A stretch of 64,000 bases of DNA from Blepharisma stoltei ATCC 30299 (GCA_965603825.1 CBFDEM010000056.1:496001-560000), one strand, 5' to 3'; shown: positions 23,668 to 36,187, counted from the first letter of the stretch. Numbers and translations are program-made. The notes: generated by a model not told the origin, from the letters alone.

Positions 23668-24156
23668 ATGTATTGTATAGACAAAATCGATGACGGAATC
23701 TTCTTAGGAAATGAAGCGGTTGCGTTGAGACAGGAGATTCTGAAAGAAAACGGAATTACGCATATTATTATTGCTGCGAAAGAGCTTGAACCCCATTTTG
23801 AAGGGACTTTTGTGTATAAAAAGATCGACGCTTATGACCAGTCCAGCTCAGATATCACGAAATTTTTCGAAGAGTGCAACAATTTCATAGATGAAGCGCT
23901 TGCAAATGATGGCAGAGTTCTAATTCACTGTTATCAAGGAGTTTCAAGAAGCTGTGCGGTTGCAGCTGCTTATTTAATTTCAAAAAGAGGTTATAGCTGC
24001 AAACTTGCCTTAGATTACATAAAGAAAAAGCATTATGAATGCTGCCCTAATAATGGCTTTAAAGAACAGCTCGAAGCATATTACCGAAGTCTTCAAAAAA
24101 TGAAATCTAACGGCGAAGAAGTCAAGTCCTCAAGATGCCATTGCCTCATATTTTAA
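23668..24156 (+). CDS. Atypical dual-specificity phosphatase with C-terminal CaaX box
   Basis: VLIHCYQGVSRS, AYLI, CPNNGFKEQL; ends CHCLIF. Confidence 0.9.
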   Translation: MYCIDKIDDGIFLGNEAVALRQEILKENGITHIIIAAKELEPHFEGTFVYKKIDAYDQSSSDITKFFEECNNFIDEALANDGRVLIHCYQGVSRSCAVAAAYLISKRGYSCKLALDYIKKKHYECCPNNGFKEQLEAYYRSLQKMKSNGEEVKSSRCHCLIF

Positions 24157-24326
24157 AAAATCCAAATAGTTTAACCAGCATTTAATCAAAGTAATAATGA
24201 AAATTAATATTTTCAGCTTACTTATTTATTAGTAAAAATTATTATTAATCACATTAATAAATCATTATCACTTTTATAGATCAGTTTTAATTATAAAACA
24301 TTTCAAATATCAACTGTGGATCAAAA

Positions 24327-24800
24327 ATGTCTAATTTAGCAGGAAAAGCAAGTTACTTTGGAACCGGGTCAAATTCGCCAAGCGATTTGATTGCAATAAG
24401 GGAAAACTTAGGCTTAATGTCAACGCGAGATATGCCACTAGGAGAGTTTCGATTGAAAGATCTCAAATACGAAATTAGTTCTGCAAAGAAGATTTTGAGA
24501 AGCATAAATAATGACATTCAATCTATAAAAGATAAGCATTCCAAAGAATTCAAAAGTATTTGGATGACCATCAAGGAGATCAAAGAGCTGAAGGATGAGA
24601 AAGAGCCCTTGCAAATGCAAAGAGAAAATTCCCCAGCCAATTCAAAAGTAGTATCAAATCAAATATTTGAATTGCAGACAAAAGTGAATGAAATGCTCAC
24701 CGAGATGAATGCGAAAAAGAGCTCAAGCTTATCCCAGAGCTTGATGGATAGCCAAGGATATGGATCTTTATCTGAAAGGCTTTATAGAAAGACAAAATAA
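24327..24800 (+). CDS. Small coiled-coil hypothetical protein
   Basis: 157-aa ORF with heptad-like pattern. Confidence 0.6.
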   Translation: MSNLAGKASYFGTGSNSPSDLIAIRENLGLMSTRDMPLGEFRLKDLKYEISSAKKILRSINNDIQSIKDKHSKEFKSIWMTIKEIKELKDEKEPLQMQRENSPANSKVVSNQIFELQTKVNEMLTEMNAKKSSSLSQSLMDSQGYGSLSERLYRKTK

Positions 24801-25090
24801 TTTAATGTCTCAATAATATTGACAATTGATTCGAATGCATTTTAAATAGCTGTTCTGAAGCTGAAACTCTTCTATTTCTATATAAACCTTATTTGGAAAA
24901 GATGATAAAATTTAATATAAGATATGCAACCTTATGCAATGAGAATAATTTTGTATTTTTTTTAAATTGGCAAGCAAGCAAAGCTAATGATGAAAACATT
25001 ATTGCTTAACTGAAAGCAAAAGATTTGATTTTTTCTTTGGGTAAAGAAGGATTTAAGATAAAATAGAATAAAAGGAATAGTAATGTTATA

Positions 25091-26576
25091 ATGGATAGTG
25101 AAAGTGAGACTGTTATTTCTGAAAGTAAAAACCAGTTTAGATGAGCTGCCACGTCTCTTGAGTACCTACTTAGACATATCAATTGATTTCATCAAGCACC
25201 TAGACTATGAAAAAGCTTTAGATGCTCTTTCTCATAATGAAGATCTCCTTAACGCTGCTGCAATGCAAAAAGCCTACGTTGACCCTGACTTCATTGTTGC
25301 AACTTCTCATAATAGTGCTTTATGCTACCAAAAGTATCACTTATTTAGACTAGGCTTACTTCAAGAATGTGCTTCAGCTCTGATGACTTCCATTTCCGTT
25401 TGCACTAGCTTTCTCGATGTAAACTACCCCCACCAATACTCACTTCAAACTACTGATGAAAAACTGATGAAATTAAATTATTCTTGCAAAATCCACCTTC
25501 AGCTCTGTGCAATTCTTTCACAATTAGAGCAGCATGATGAAGCCTTAATAAATGCCAAGAAAGCTCTGACGAAAATTCAAGAGGTCATCAATATCAACCT
25601 TAAACTGTGCAAGGAGCATTTGGAGAGGCATAAAAAGCTCATAGAGACTTCTTCTTTGAGAAAAAGGGTGCAAAAGCAGCCTCAGTATAAATTGTTTGAA
25701 AGCCCTCATTATTTAAGGTATCATCAACTGGTCACAAAAGCATTGCCAATTTTGAAAATTTTAGACAGTGACGATTTCAATCAGATAAATAGACATAAGA
25801 TTAATTGTGAAGGCTGTGAGTGAATTTATGAGTATAATATAGGAGACATCATGACTATACAGGTGCTGTTCATGGATGATTTAAAATGGCAAGGATCTTC
25901 ACAGACTGAGCTTTCAACAGAAATTCTGCTAGAAAAAGCTTTCATTATCGCTGCAGCGCAGTTCTGCATCGCTGTTGAAATGCGATTTTTAGTCAATAAA
26001 GGTTCTGTAGATTATTTTTTGCTAGAATCTAAAGTTTGAATGCAGAGAGCAATTAAGATAGCGTGGGCTTTACTGCCTGACTCTTCTCCTTTGTTATCCT
26101 ATATGAAATCATTATATAATAAAAACTACAAAGAAGAATCCCCAAGAAAATCCCATCTAAAACTGTTACTTAAAGAATCAAGAAGCAATTCATTTGTTAG
26201 GAGGCCACCAAGCCGCGCAAAGACACCAAATTCTATTGGAAATAATGGAATTAACAGGTCTAATAGTTTTAGTCTCTCTAAAACTCCATCAAAAACACCA
26301 AAGCATGATAAAGAATCAAAGCTGTTAAATAAATCGGAAGAAAAAATCAGAAGGCTCGAACCATTGAAGCTTAGAGAAGCCAAAAATTTAGAGAAAAACA
26401 CAAAAATTGAAGAGAAGTCTCCAAATTCAAACAAAAAAATATCCTATCCTGTGCCATATCAGCAACTTCATTCAAAGCTTGAAAAAATCCAAGTAGCATC
26501 TTATGATGAGTCAGATTTTTCCAGCGATATACTTCCTCATTCCTCAGGAGAGTCAGAAAATAATGCCAAATTTTAA
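25091..26576 (+). CDS. TPR-like helical protein with Ser/Lys-rich tail (two tiny introns)
   Basis: ATG 25091 is joined to the ORF 25098 frame by a 16-nt intron. HLQLCAILSQLEQHDEALINAKKA TPR-like; TGA at 25821 and 26037 read through; ends TAA. Confidence 0.75.
25125..25140 (+). other. 16-nt intron GTAAAAACCAGTTTAG
   Basis: Restores frame between ATG 25091 and ELPRLL; A at position 10. Confidence 0.8.
25334..25348 (+). other. Probable 15-nt intron GTATCACTTATTTAG (in-frame, stop-free)
   Basis: Matches GTA..A10..TAG pattern; retention would insert 5 aa. Confidence 0.65.
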
Positions 26577-26738
26577 TCAACCTTCTATTGAGTGTATAAT
26601 ATAATAATTATAATCAAAATGAGAGTTGTTTGAATTTTTTATTATACCAACAAAAATCCCAATCTGAAAGTTTTTAATACGATATTTGGTTTAACTCAAA
26701 GCTAAGAGGAGACCTCCGAGTATCGGTAGTTAAGATAG

Positions 26739-27211
26739 ATGGATTAATTTAGATTTATAGCATATTAGCAAGAATCTTTTCGGTATAAATTGAGTAACAC
26801 TGATATTGGTAAAGAAAATCTCAATCCACCGAATTTAAAAGAGATTAACTAAATTGACGAAAAATTTGGCAGGATTCTAAAGCAGTCTAAGCTTACTTAT
26901 GCATAATTTAAAAAGAGACGGCAGCTTTGAAACTAAAGATACAAGAAATCTGAGTAATAAAGATTTTAGGTCCACTTGAACAGAGTTTAAAAATGTAAAA
27001 TGTGCTAGAAGATGCTTTAGGGAGCAGGTGCAAACTCAAAGAATAAACGACAAACCTGGTTGGTATGCTTAATTGCTTGATGATGCTGATAAAAACATTG
27101 AGAATAATTATAGAATCAGCTGATGGAATAATGATTTGGTGTATAGTCGTTTTGATTGCTTTGCTTGCTGCTATTTTGTAGCTTGCAATTTTAGACAATA
27201 TCAATTGATAA
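26739..27211 (+). pseudogene. Decayed Qc-SNARE (syntaxin-8/SYP5-like) remnant
   Basis: Fragments across three frames: SKLTYA*FKKRRQL; EQSLKM*NVLEDAL; RINDKPGWYA*LLDDADKNIENNYR; C-terminal anchor IMIWCIVVLIALLAAIL. Several TAA/TAG stops and frameshifts. Confidence 0.45.
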
Positions 27212-27297
27212 TTGCACTTTCAAGAGTAGCTCGGCAATTTAGTTAAAAATAATATAGATTTGTTTAATTTTTGATAAGATATATTCAGAAAATCATA

Positions 27298-28155
27298 ATG
27301 GAAAGTGAATTTGTAAATGAAGAAAGGAGAAGGCGAGCAATTGGGAAAGTTCCCATACAGCTTCGATCATTTTTTGAAGAGTGCTTATTTGAACCTCTTC
27401 CAAAGCCTGAATTTGGAGATTGGCTTTACCACAATCAAGAAAAAGGGCAAACTTTTGAAGACTTCAAAAAAGTATCGAGAAAGCCTATCAGCAGCAAAAA
27501 TAAAATTTATGTTCAAACGCTTGATTCTATACCAAGAGAAATGACTGATTATCTCAAAAGCTACTGTGAAGCATTCTTTATAGGAGCAAGAGTGGTCTTT
27601 TTGCCAATGAAACCTTTAGCAGAAATGAAAATTAAATCAAGATATAATGATGGAACTCTACAATATAATGCTATTCATATAATCAATAAACTTGTACTCC
27701 CAAAAGATGCTCACTGTATTATAGGGATTACAAATATAGATATTTATCACAAAGAATCGTGAAACTATGTTTTTGGGCTTGCATCTGGAAGAGTCGGAGT
27801 ATTTTCTTTTGCTAGATTCTATGATGAGGAATCACCAAATGATCAAGCCAGCGAATTTCTTTGATACAGAGCTGGCCGGACTATGACTCATGAAATTTTC
27901 CATATGTTTGGAGTTAAGCATTGCATTTTCTATAAATGCATTATGAATGGCTCAAATAGTTTAGAAGAATCAGCAAAAAAGCCTGGAAGTCTTTGCCCTG
28001 TTTGCTTACAAAAACTTAAATATTCGTTAGATTTTGATATTCTTGAGCGATATCGAAGGCTAGAGGCCATAACCAATAGACCAAGCCAATGCTTTCAAAG
28101 AGACAATAGATTTTATCAATTGAATATTGATCGTTTGCAGCAAGAGTGAATTTAA
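27298..28155 (+). CDS. Archaemetzincin (peptidase M54, AMZ-like), about 285 aa
   Basis: GDWL...GQTFEDF, ES[W]NYVFGLAS, VGVFSFARF, HEIFHMFGVKHC, CIMNGSNSLEES, LCPVCLQKL. Confidence 0.9.
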
Positions 28156-29017
28156 AAATGCTTAAGCATTATTATACAAAAACATCATCTTAATCTTATT
28201 GTATTCTACTCCATATTGCAAAATTTCGGAATTTTGCCTATAAGCCTATTTCACCAAGGCTCGCCTTGTGGCTAACTCAGCAAGGTCTTGATCATCTGTA
28301 TAAATGACCTCTACGCCCAAATCTTTAGATGGCCGTCATTCAGGCTTTTGAACTATCACTTTGATCTGTCAGATACTCTAAAGAGCTACTTTGGTAGCAC
28401 AATCGAGAAAAAATTTCATTATTATAAGAACAGATGTCCTGTGCTACAAATCGTTATTCTCATCCATATTTTATATAAATTTGTTGCTTGAAGCCTTGAT
28501 ACTATTTCTCTATTTATTAAATTTCTGTCTTTCTGCAAGGTCATTATGAAACTTGTTTTTACTCAAGTTGTTTATCAAGATCTTTCAAGAAGTCATCTTT
28601 TTCTTCTCCTCTTTATAATAGCATTTATATAGAAATTACAGCGAAATTTGCTTATAAAATCGTTTGCATATTTTTTTTAACTGAAACACTAAAAAAGCAA
28701 AATTTCTCTCAAGGTTTGTAAAAAAGTGATTAATGCCGATTGTATAATTTAAATTTCATACTATAAGTATTATCATATTTATCCATCATAATACTTTTAA
28801 TTACTATCAACTGATGTATTGCACCTGTTAGTTTTAAATGCTTGGTCTCTCATGCAAGAAATCCAGAACGCACATATTTTAGAATTGTTAAATTTATTTC
28901 GCTAAAATATTTAAAAGCTATCTTTTAATATCTTTGAAAATAGCAATTATTAACAATTATCAACTCATAATGAATAAAAATAACAGATTTTTATTTGAAT
29001 CTTAAAGAACGTTGTAA

Positions 29018-30424
29018 ATGGAAAAACCGATAGAAGCATATACCGAATCAACACCTCTCATAAATCAAAAACTGGGCACAAAAGAGGCTTTTTACACTTT
29101 CTTAAGAAGCTTCAGAGAGCTTGCACAGTCCCCGAGAGATATTTGATTATTATATATATATGAACTATTTGCCTATGGAGCTTTATGCATGATTGTCGTT
29201 AGTCTATCTCTTTATTTTACAAAAATTTTAGGCTTCAGCGACATTGTGGCAGGATATATAATTGCAAGTTTTGGACTCTCAGGAGTAATTTCATCACTTT
29301 GTCTTGGCCAATTTATTGATCGGTATGGGATAAAATGATCTTTACTTTTATCAAATCTTTTAGGTTTTATGATGTTCATTTTACTCTTCATTTCAAATAA
29401 CACTGTTGTAGAAATCCTTGTTTTATTTATTTTTTGCTCAACTTCCTTTGCATTAAATATACCCACTGTAAAATTAGCTGTAAAGTACTATACCTTAACT
29501 ACGACCAGAAGCTTAGGATATTCATTTTTATTTATTTCGTTCTTTGCTGGATCAGGGCTGGCAGGAATTATTGTAGACTTCATTTTGACCTTATTTGGGA
29601 CTGAAAAAGCGACTTTTAAAATTATCTTTATTATAGGAGCATGCATCTTTGTAATTGCAACGACAATAGGTCTCAGGTTAAGGCAGCTGGACTATGAAGA
29701 CTCTGGAGAAAATGAAGTCGACTTAAGCCAAAGGAATCTGGATGGCTGGAAACATACTAAAGAGTGTATGGTTCTAAAGAGCTTTTGAAGATTTTTCGTC
29801 TTAGCCCTTCTTTTAGTAATCATAAAAGCCGTGTACATGTATATTTTCATTGTGCTGCCAATTTATATGTACAGAGAAATCGGAGAAGGTGCTCACTTTG
29901 GGTATATATTGGCAATTAATAAGCTGATAATGATTATTTCAATACCATCATGCACAATTTTGGTATATTATTTTAGCCATTACACATTGCTAGCGATTGG
30001 AGGCTTTATCTCATCTTTATCTTTTATACCGCTTCTCTTTGGTGGAAGCTACCTAACAGTGATAGCGTTTATTGTGATTGTTTCGATTGGAGAGAGTATT
30101 TATTCCCCAAGATTAATAGACTATACATTGCAGATAACTCCAAAAGGCAGAGAAGGAGTTTTTTTAGCAGTTGCTGCATCGCCAATAGTATTGAGCGTTA
30201 TACTTGCAGGCCTGATGTCTGGGTTTTTGCTTGATACGTATTGCCCGGAAAATGGTGATAGAGAGTGCTGGAAAATGTGGTCGATTTCAGGATTTATGAC
30301 GATTTTGGTTCCCTTTTTTATGATAATCTTCCGAAGTTGCCTTGAACAACCTGAAAATGAAGAAGACCCTTATATGCCTTGCATGGGATCAACAGAAATG
30401 AATTCAGATGATGAAATTAATTAA
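29018..30424 (+). CDS. MFS transporter (POT/MFS_1-like), about 468 aa
   Basis: Open from ATG 29018 with TGA=Trp; about 12 hydrophobic helices; motif A GQFIDRYGIK; SIGESIYSPRL...PKGREG. Confidence 0.85.
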
Positions 30425-30694
30425 CGCTAAACAAAAAATGCTAGAAAATCTAAATCATAGAAAACTTAAATTAATTTATTTGCCGCTTGATTCAATAAAT
30501 TTATAAAAATTTATTTACAATAGGATTGATTATTTAGTCATACATATTGAGTGGCTGAAAAGTTAGTTTACTTAATAGTTATACAAAATTCTTACCTAAC
30601 TTTTCTTTATCATAATTTAAAACAAATAAAATTTAATTTATACTTTTAACCCTAATATCATTAAGAAGAACTCTATTTCATAATTTCTAATTTA

Positions 30695-31075
30695 TTAGAT
30701 ATCCTCTCTATGTTGAGATGTGACTAACTCCCCAACAATTGGGTATTTTTCTGTATAGAATTCAACCCATCCTTCAATTGATTCTTTTTGCCCTTCAGTT
30801 AGCTCTGCCTCTTCTACTGTCATATCAAGTAGTTTTTTATCAAAGCTCATTTTGGCCAAAGACACTGAGGCATCTCTTCCTGCAAACATGCTATATCCTC
30901 CTCCTTTGGCATAGCTTGGCGATTCAGAAACATCAAATATTATCCCGCCGCATGCTAAATAAGTCTTTCCATTGGTACCATCATATTCTTTCAACTGCTC
31001 TCTTGTGAGACGAAGTTTTTCTGCTGCAAAGGATAGTGCGCAAAGAGACAAAGCCAAACAAACTAATACTTTCAT
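30695..31075 (-). CDS. Cytochrome b5-like heme/steroid-binding (MAPR/neudesin-like) protein with signal peptide
   Basis: LTREQLKEYDG, IFDVS, YAKGGGYSMFAGRDASVSLAKMS, KYPIVGEL; KDEL-like end REDI. Confidence 0.9.
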   Translation of the reverse strand: MKVLVCLALSLCALSFAAEKLRLTREQLKEYDGTNGKTYLACGGIIFDVSESPSYAKGGGYSMFAGRDASVSLAKMSFDKKLLDMTVEEAELTEGQKESIEGWVEFYTEKYPIVGELVTSQHREDI

Positions 31076-31481
31076 ATTTATTTGTTAAATTTATTTTTAA
31101 AATAATTTCATTTTCATAAAAGGTAATTAAAAATTATTTGTATTGGCAATGAAAGTTATGTCATTTTTGGAATTTCTATTTATATTCCGACTATATACTT
31201 CTAGTCAGAAATCTGCAAGTTTATATTTTTCTTTACTAATTTTATTAAAATAAATTAATTATCATTCATAGGATCAAAATATCATAATATAAAATTATGC
31301 TTAATGAAAATGCGCAATAAGTAGGGTGCAGTCAGTAATATTAATATAACCTTTTCATATTTATTTTTTTGGTCGAAGCAGAAGCCCTATATTGAATCCT
31401 TAATTGTGTCTATAATGATAAGATGCATTTCAAATATTTTTTTGTTATAAAGATATAAGTAATAAAAATAAGCAGTCATAA

Positions 31482-33617
31482 ATGGAAGAAAATTCTTATA
31501 TCCTTTGGTGGGAAGATGAAGTTAATCAGCGATTTGCAATTTTCAAGAAATACATGACCTCGTCCAAAAGCACTTTTGCAATATTTTGGACTCTTTATCT
31601 AGTTATGACACCTCAAAACATCATGATTTTTGTCAATGCGTTGCCTTACATAATACTTCAGTATACGTTTATCTTTGTTATGTACCTTATAGAAAGCAAA
31701 AATGCCCATAAAAAATATTGGCTTCCCGTTGTGTATACAGAATGATGTGACTCTGCGTTATGATATTATTCTCTCATTATCAACTCAAATAACCCCATAT
31801 TATTTGAAATGCTAGGAAGCCTGCTTATGGGATATTTTGAGCTCCCTTTTATTCAGAGCAAGATTATTCAGAATTTTATTTTAGCTAAACATGTGATACT
31901 ATGGCATTATTATAAATACTTCACTGGTGATGTTATTGATAGTCAAGATTTGCTTGGCCATATTATGATGTTTTTGCATGTTCTTATATATAATTTTATT
32001 TCTCACCATATAACTAAAGTGGCTCATGAGAAATATCTATTTAGAAAAGCTAAAGAAAAAGCTGAAAATAGGCTAGAGGTGATAATCAATGCCTTTCCGG
32101 ATGGATTTTTTGTAGTTTCTAGTAATAATGAAATTGAATATGCGAACTTGAAAATGCTCGTATTATTAGAGTGCACCCAAAACAATTTGATTGATTCTTT
32201 GTCATTAATTAACTTTTGTGAAGGCAAAAAATACAGCAGCCTTACTCAGTCAAATTTTTTAATTGATCACATCAATATAATGTTTTCTCTAGATTTTAAC
32301 CAAGAAATGATGTTTGGAATTTCCATGTTTAATAATACAAGTATTGAATGAAAAGGGTCAAAAATCTTATGGGAAGATAAGCCTGCTTTAGTGATAACAG
32401 GAAGAAACGCGAACCATGTTATAGAGCTTGAAAGGACCATTGCAGATGATAAATTTAAAACAGTTTTATTGAGAACTGTTTCTCATGAATTGAGAACACC
32501 AATTAATGCGATTTCACTGTTGACTGAGGAATTGATTCAAGAACCAGATATTGCTGATAAATATAAAGATAAAATCAGGATGATTTCAGTGTCAGCAAGA
32601 TTATTATTAACGCTCGTCAGTGACTTGCTTGACTATTCAAGAATGCTTGCAGGAGTTTTTTCTGTTCAAAAATCATGGTTCGAGCTAAAAGACATAGTCG
32701 AGAGATCATGTGAGCTTATTAATATTCAAGCAAAAAAGAAGAATATTTCATTAATCATTAGAATTGACAATTTAATTCCAAAATGCATCTATTCTGATCC
32801 ACTTCGGCTTAGCCAAGTATTATTGAATCTTTTAAGCAATGCTCTGAAATTTACAATAAGTGGATTTATTGAAATTATTTGTCTACTTGATATGCAGAAT
32901 AATTTAAAAGTTATCGTTCAAGACTCAGGAATTGGAATTGATAAAGAGAAGCTCCAACACTTATTCAGTGAATTTAATACTTGTTCTTTACCTGTTATTA
33001 ATCCTCAAGGATGTGGCCTTGGATTGCACATTTCGAATAAGATTGTTAGAGAACTTGGGAGAAGTTACATTGAAGTGGATTCCACTAAAGGAGTGGGGTC
33101 TACCTTTCATTTTACTATTTCGATATCAGAAAATCCTATAAATATCAAATATGAATATTTTGATATTGAAAATTGTGTTTCCGAAGAAATAAATTTTTTG
33201 AGCATAAACCTTTCGACAATCAAAAGTAATAATCCTCAGGTTCTTATAGTAGATGATAATGATATGAACAGAGCTATCTTATCATCATTATTAGCTCGCA
33301 ATAAAATTGAAACATCAGAAGCGTGCACTGGCAAAGAAGCAATAAATATGGTTTTTAAGCAAGATTGCATCAAAAAGCCTTATAGAGTAATCATAATGGA
33401 TGGAGAAATGCCTGAGTTGGATGGCTGAGAAGCAACAAAAACCATTTTAGATTTGAAGGAAAAAGAAAAGATTAGCTTTATGCCTAGTATAATAGGCTAT
33501 ACGGCCTATAGCACAGATGAAGACATAAAGCGATGCATTGAATGTGGGATGAAGGAATGCCTAATAAAGCCGTGCAGTTCAGAAATACTAATATCGGCTA
33601 TTCTTAAATACTTATAA
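31482..33617 (+). CDS. Hybrid histidine kinase 2, about 711 aa
   Basis: ORFs 31482, 31809 and 32391 share a frame via TGA. TVSHELRTPINAI, NALKFT, DSGIGI, GCGLGL, VDDN, IIMDGEMPELDG[W], LIKP; ends TAA 33615-33617. Confidence 0.92.
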
Positions 33618-33685
33618 TATTAATTGCCATTTTTATTATAAAATGCTTATTTAAAAATAAAAATAATATTTAGTTACTTAATTAT

Positions 33686-35839
33686 TTATAAAAATTTTAT
33701 TATTGTTGCTAATATTTTATCTGCAGCACAAGGTTTTATCAGACACTCTTGCATGCCACATTTAAAACAGTTTGAAATATCCTCGTCTGTGTTATAGGCT
33801 GTATATCCAATTATACTCGGCAGAAACTTTATTTCTTTTTTAAAATACATTTCATGGATTTTTTTAGTTGCGTCTCAGCCATTCATTTCTGGCATTTCTC
33901 CATCCATAACAATTACTTTTATCGGAATCTTTTCCTTGGTGCTGTTCTTTAAAATTAAATCAACAGCTTGCTTCCCAGTGCATGCTTCCAAGGTCGGTAT
34001 TCCATTTTTCATCAAAAGTGAAGCTAAAATAACCCTATTAAAATCGTTATCATCAACAATGAGAACTTGATGTGATTCAGATTTATGTGATATCAAAGGC
34101 AAACTGAAGGGAATCCCAAGATCAGGGTTTTCATCCATATAAGTGCCATAATCTAAGGATTCAGCAATCAAGCTTGAATTATGATCAAATATGTCAATAT
34201 CAAATGAAAAAGCAGAGCCTTGACCAACTTGAGACTTTACTTTAATAGAACTTCCTCCTAGTTCTTTGGCTATTTTGTTTGATATATGTAGGCCTAAACC
34301 ACAACCATGGGGATTGATGGTTGGCAATCCATCTGAACTAAATTCTTGGAATAATCTATTCTTTTTGTCTGAATCAATACCTATTCCAGTATCTTGAACA
34401 GTAATTTTTAATTGATTCATTAAGCTCAGAACGAAGGTAACTTCGATTGAGCCATGCAAGGTAAATTTAAGTGCATTGCTAAGAAGGTTTAAAAGTACCT
34501 GGCTAAATCTCAGCTGATCACTATATATATTAACTGGAAGAGAAGGGTCAATTCTTAGAGTCAATTTTAAATTTTTCTTAACAGCTTGCAATTTTATAAG
34601 TTCTCATGCATTTTTTATTGCAGATCTCAAGTTAAATTCACATTTCCTGATTGAAAAAGCTCCTGCCAGCATTCTACTATAATCAAGCAAATCATTAACT
34701 AGTGTTAGGAGCAGTTTTGTGGAAATTGAAATAATTCTAAGTTTTTCTTCTTCACCTTCTGTTCAATTCTCATTCTTTTTTTCAAGCAGTTCTTCTACAA
34801 GAAAAGCAATGGCATTAATAGGAGTTCTCAATTCATGCGATACAGACCTTAATATAACAGTTTTTACTTTACTATCTGAAATTGACTGCTCAAGCTGTAT
34901 AATATGATTTGCATCTCTTACAATTATGGCAATTGCATGCTGGTCTTCTCAAATTATTTTTTGTCCTTTTCACTCATAGTTATTTCCCCCATATAATGAT
35001 ATCCCAAGCATAAAGCCATTGCTGATGTTTTGGTTAAAAATTTCTTTTAAGTCTTCTATCAATAGATTTGAATTTGAAAAATTTGAGTATTTCTTACCTT
35101 CATAATAAGTAATAGATGAAATAACTTCCATCAAATGTTGATCGTCACAATGTAATAAACTTAATAAATTATCATTTGTATAAACTATTTCAAGATTTTC
35201 TGAAAGAATAAAAATCCCATCTGGGAATGCATTTACAATTATGCTTAGTCTTCTTTTTACTTTTGATTTTCCTTCTCTATTTAAAAAACGTTCATAAGAG
35301 ATTTCAGACCTCATATTAGTCATGTGGTTATACATAAACAGACAGAGGACTGTAGGGATGTGAGGAGTGATGCTATAATCGAAAGTAATATTTCCATTGA
35401 AGTAGTTAATATAATGCCACATAAATGCATGCTTAATTGTGACTGCATATCTAACTCAATGAGTCTGTATTAAAGGGATTTCAAATGCCATCATAAGAAT
35501 AGCATAAAACATTTCGCATAGTATAACGTGGTCTTTAAGATGATTGTAAGAGAGTCAAAATAGGCCAATGCAGCAAGATTCTGAGTAAATTATTGCGAAT
35601 AAAGCCTTTTTATTTTCATCTTTTGTATCAAAGTAATTGACTAGAAAGCAAAATAATATTTGAAAAATCATTATTGGCAAGGCTTGAACAAGGAGATTAA
35701 GACTGTTAGGAGCACATAAAGCAAAAATAAGGAGCAAAAATATGCAAATATTTATGTTTCTGTAAACAAAGAATCGTAAGATCGAATATTTTTCATTTAC
35801 TTCTTCAGCTCACCATTTCTTGGAAAGTTTTCTGTGCAT
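33686..35839 (-). CDS. Hybrid histidine kinase 3, about 717 aa, convergent with HK2
   Basis: ATG 35839 MHRKLSKKW[W]AEEVNEKY; SVSHELRTPINAI, NALKFT, DTGIGI, GCGLGL, VMDGEMPEMNG[W], LIKP. Confidence 0.9.
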
Positions 35840-36187
35840 TATTTATTTACTTCATTAATCAAATTTCAGAGAAGAAGAATTTAATAAATTATCTTAATAT
35901 TGGACATTTGAGCGATTTAGAGACATTTTGCCATTATTAATAAGTTCTCATTATCTGACTTTAATTAATCTTAAATTATGAAATAATGGCAATTTAAGAA
36001 ATCTACAAAAAAAACTAATTAGCTAAGTATACACTTCTAGAATTTATTCCAATAATATACTAATATTGACTTAGTGAGGATATAATTTAACTTTATATTT
36101 CAAACTGGCACTATATATTTAAATTCATAATTATTGTATAAAAACTTATTTCTAAAAAATGTTTTAATTGATAAAACATTATGTTGA

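Noticed and set aside
26908-27204. ORF-track 98-aa minus-strand ORF and similar short antisense ORFs (e.g. 1749-2141, 11020-11310, 38575-39045, 52114-52488, 57770-58066)
   Set aside because: Shadow frames overlapping better-supported genes or remnants on the opposite strand, with no motifs.
28162-28620. Coding-looking minus-strand frame (MTSWKILINN...DDQDLAELATRRALVK*) with five TAG/TAA
   Set aside because: No recognisable family, and the stop density is not clearly below chance for AT-rich DNA. It may be a pseudogene but this is unsupported.
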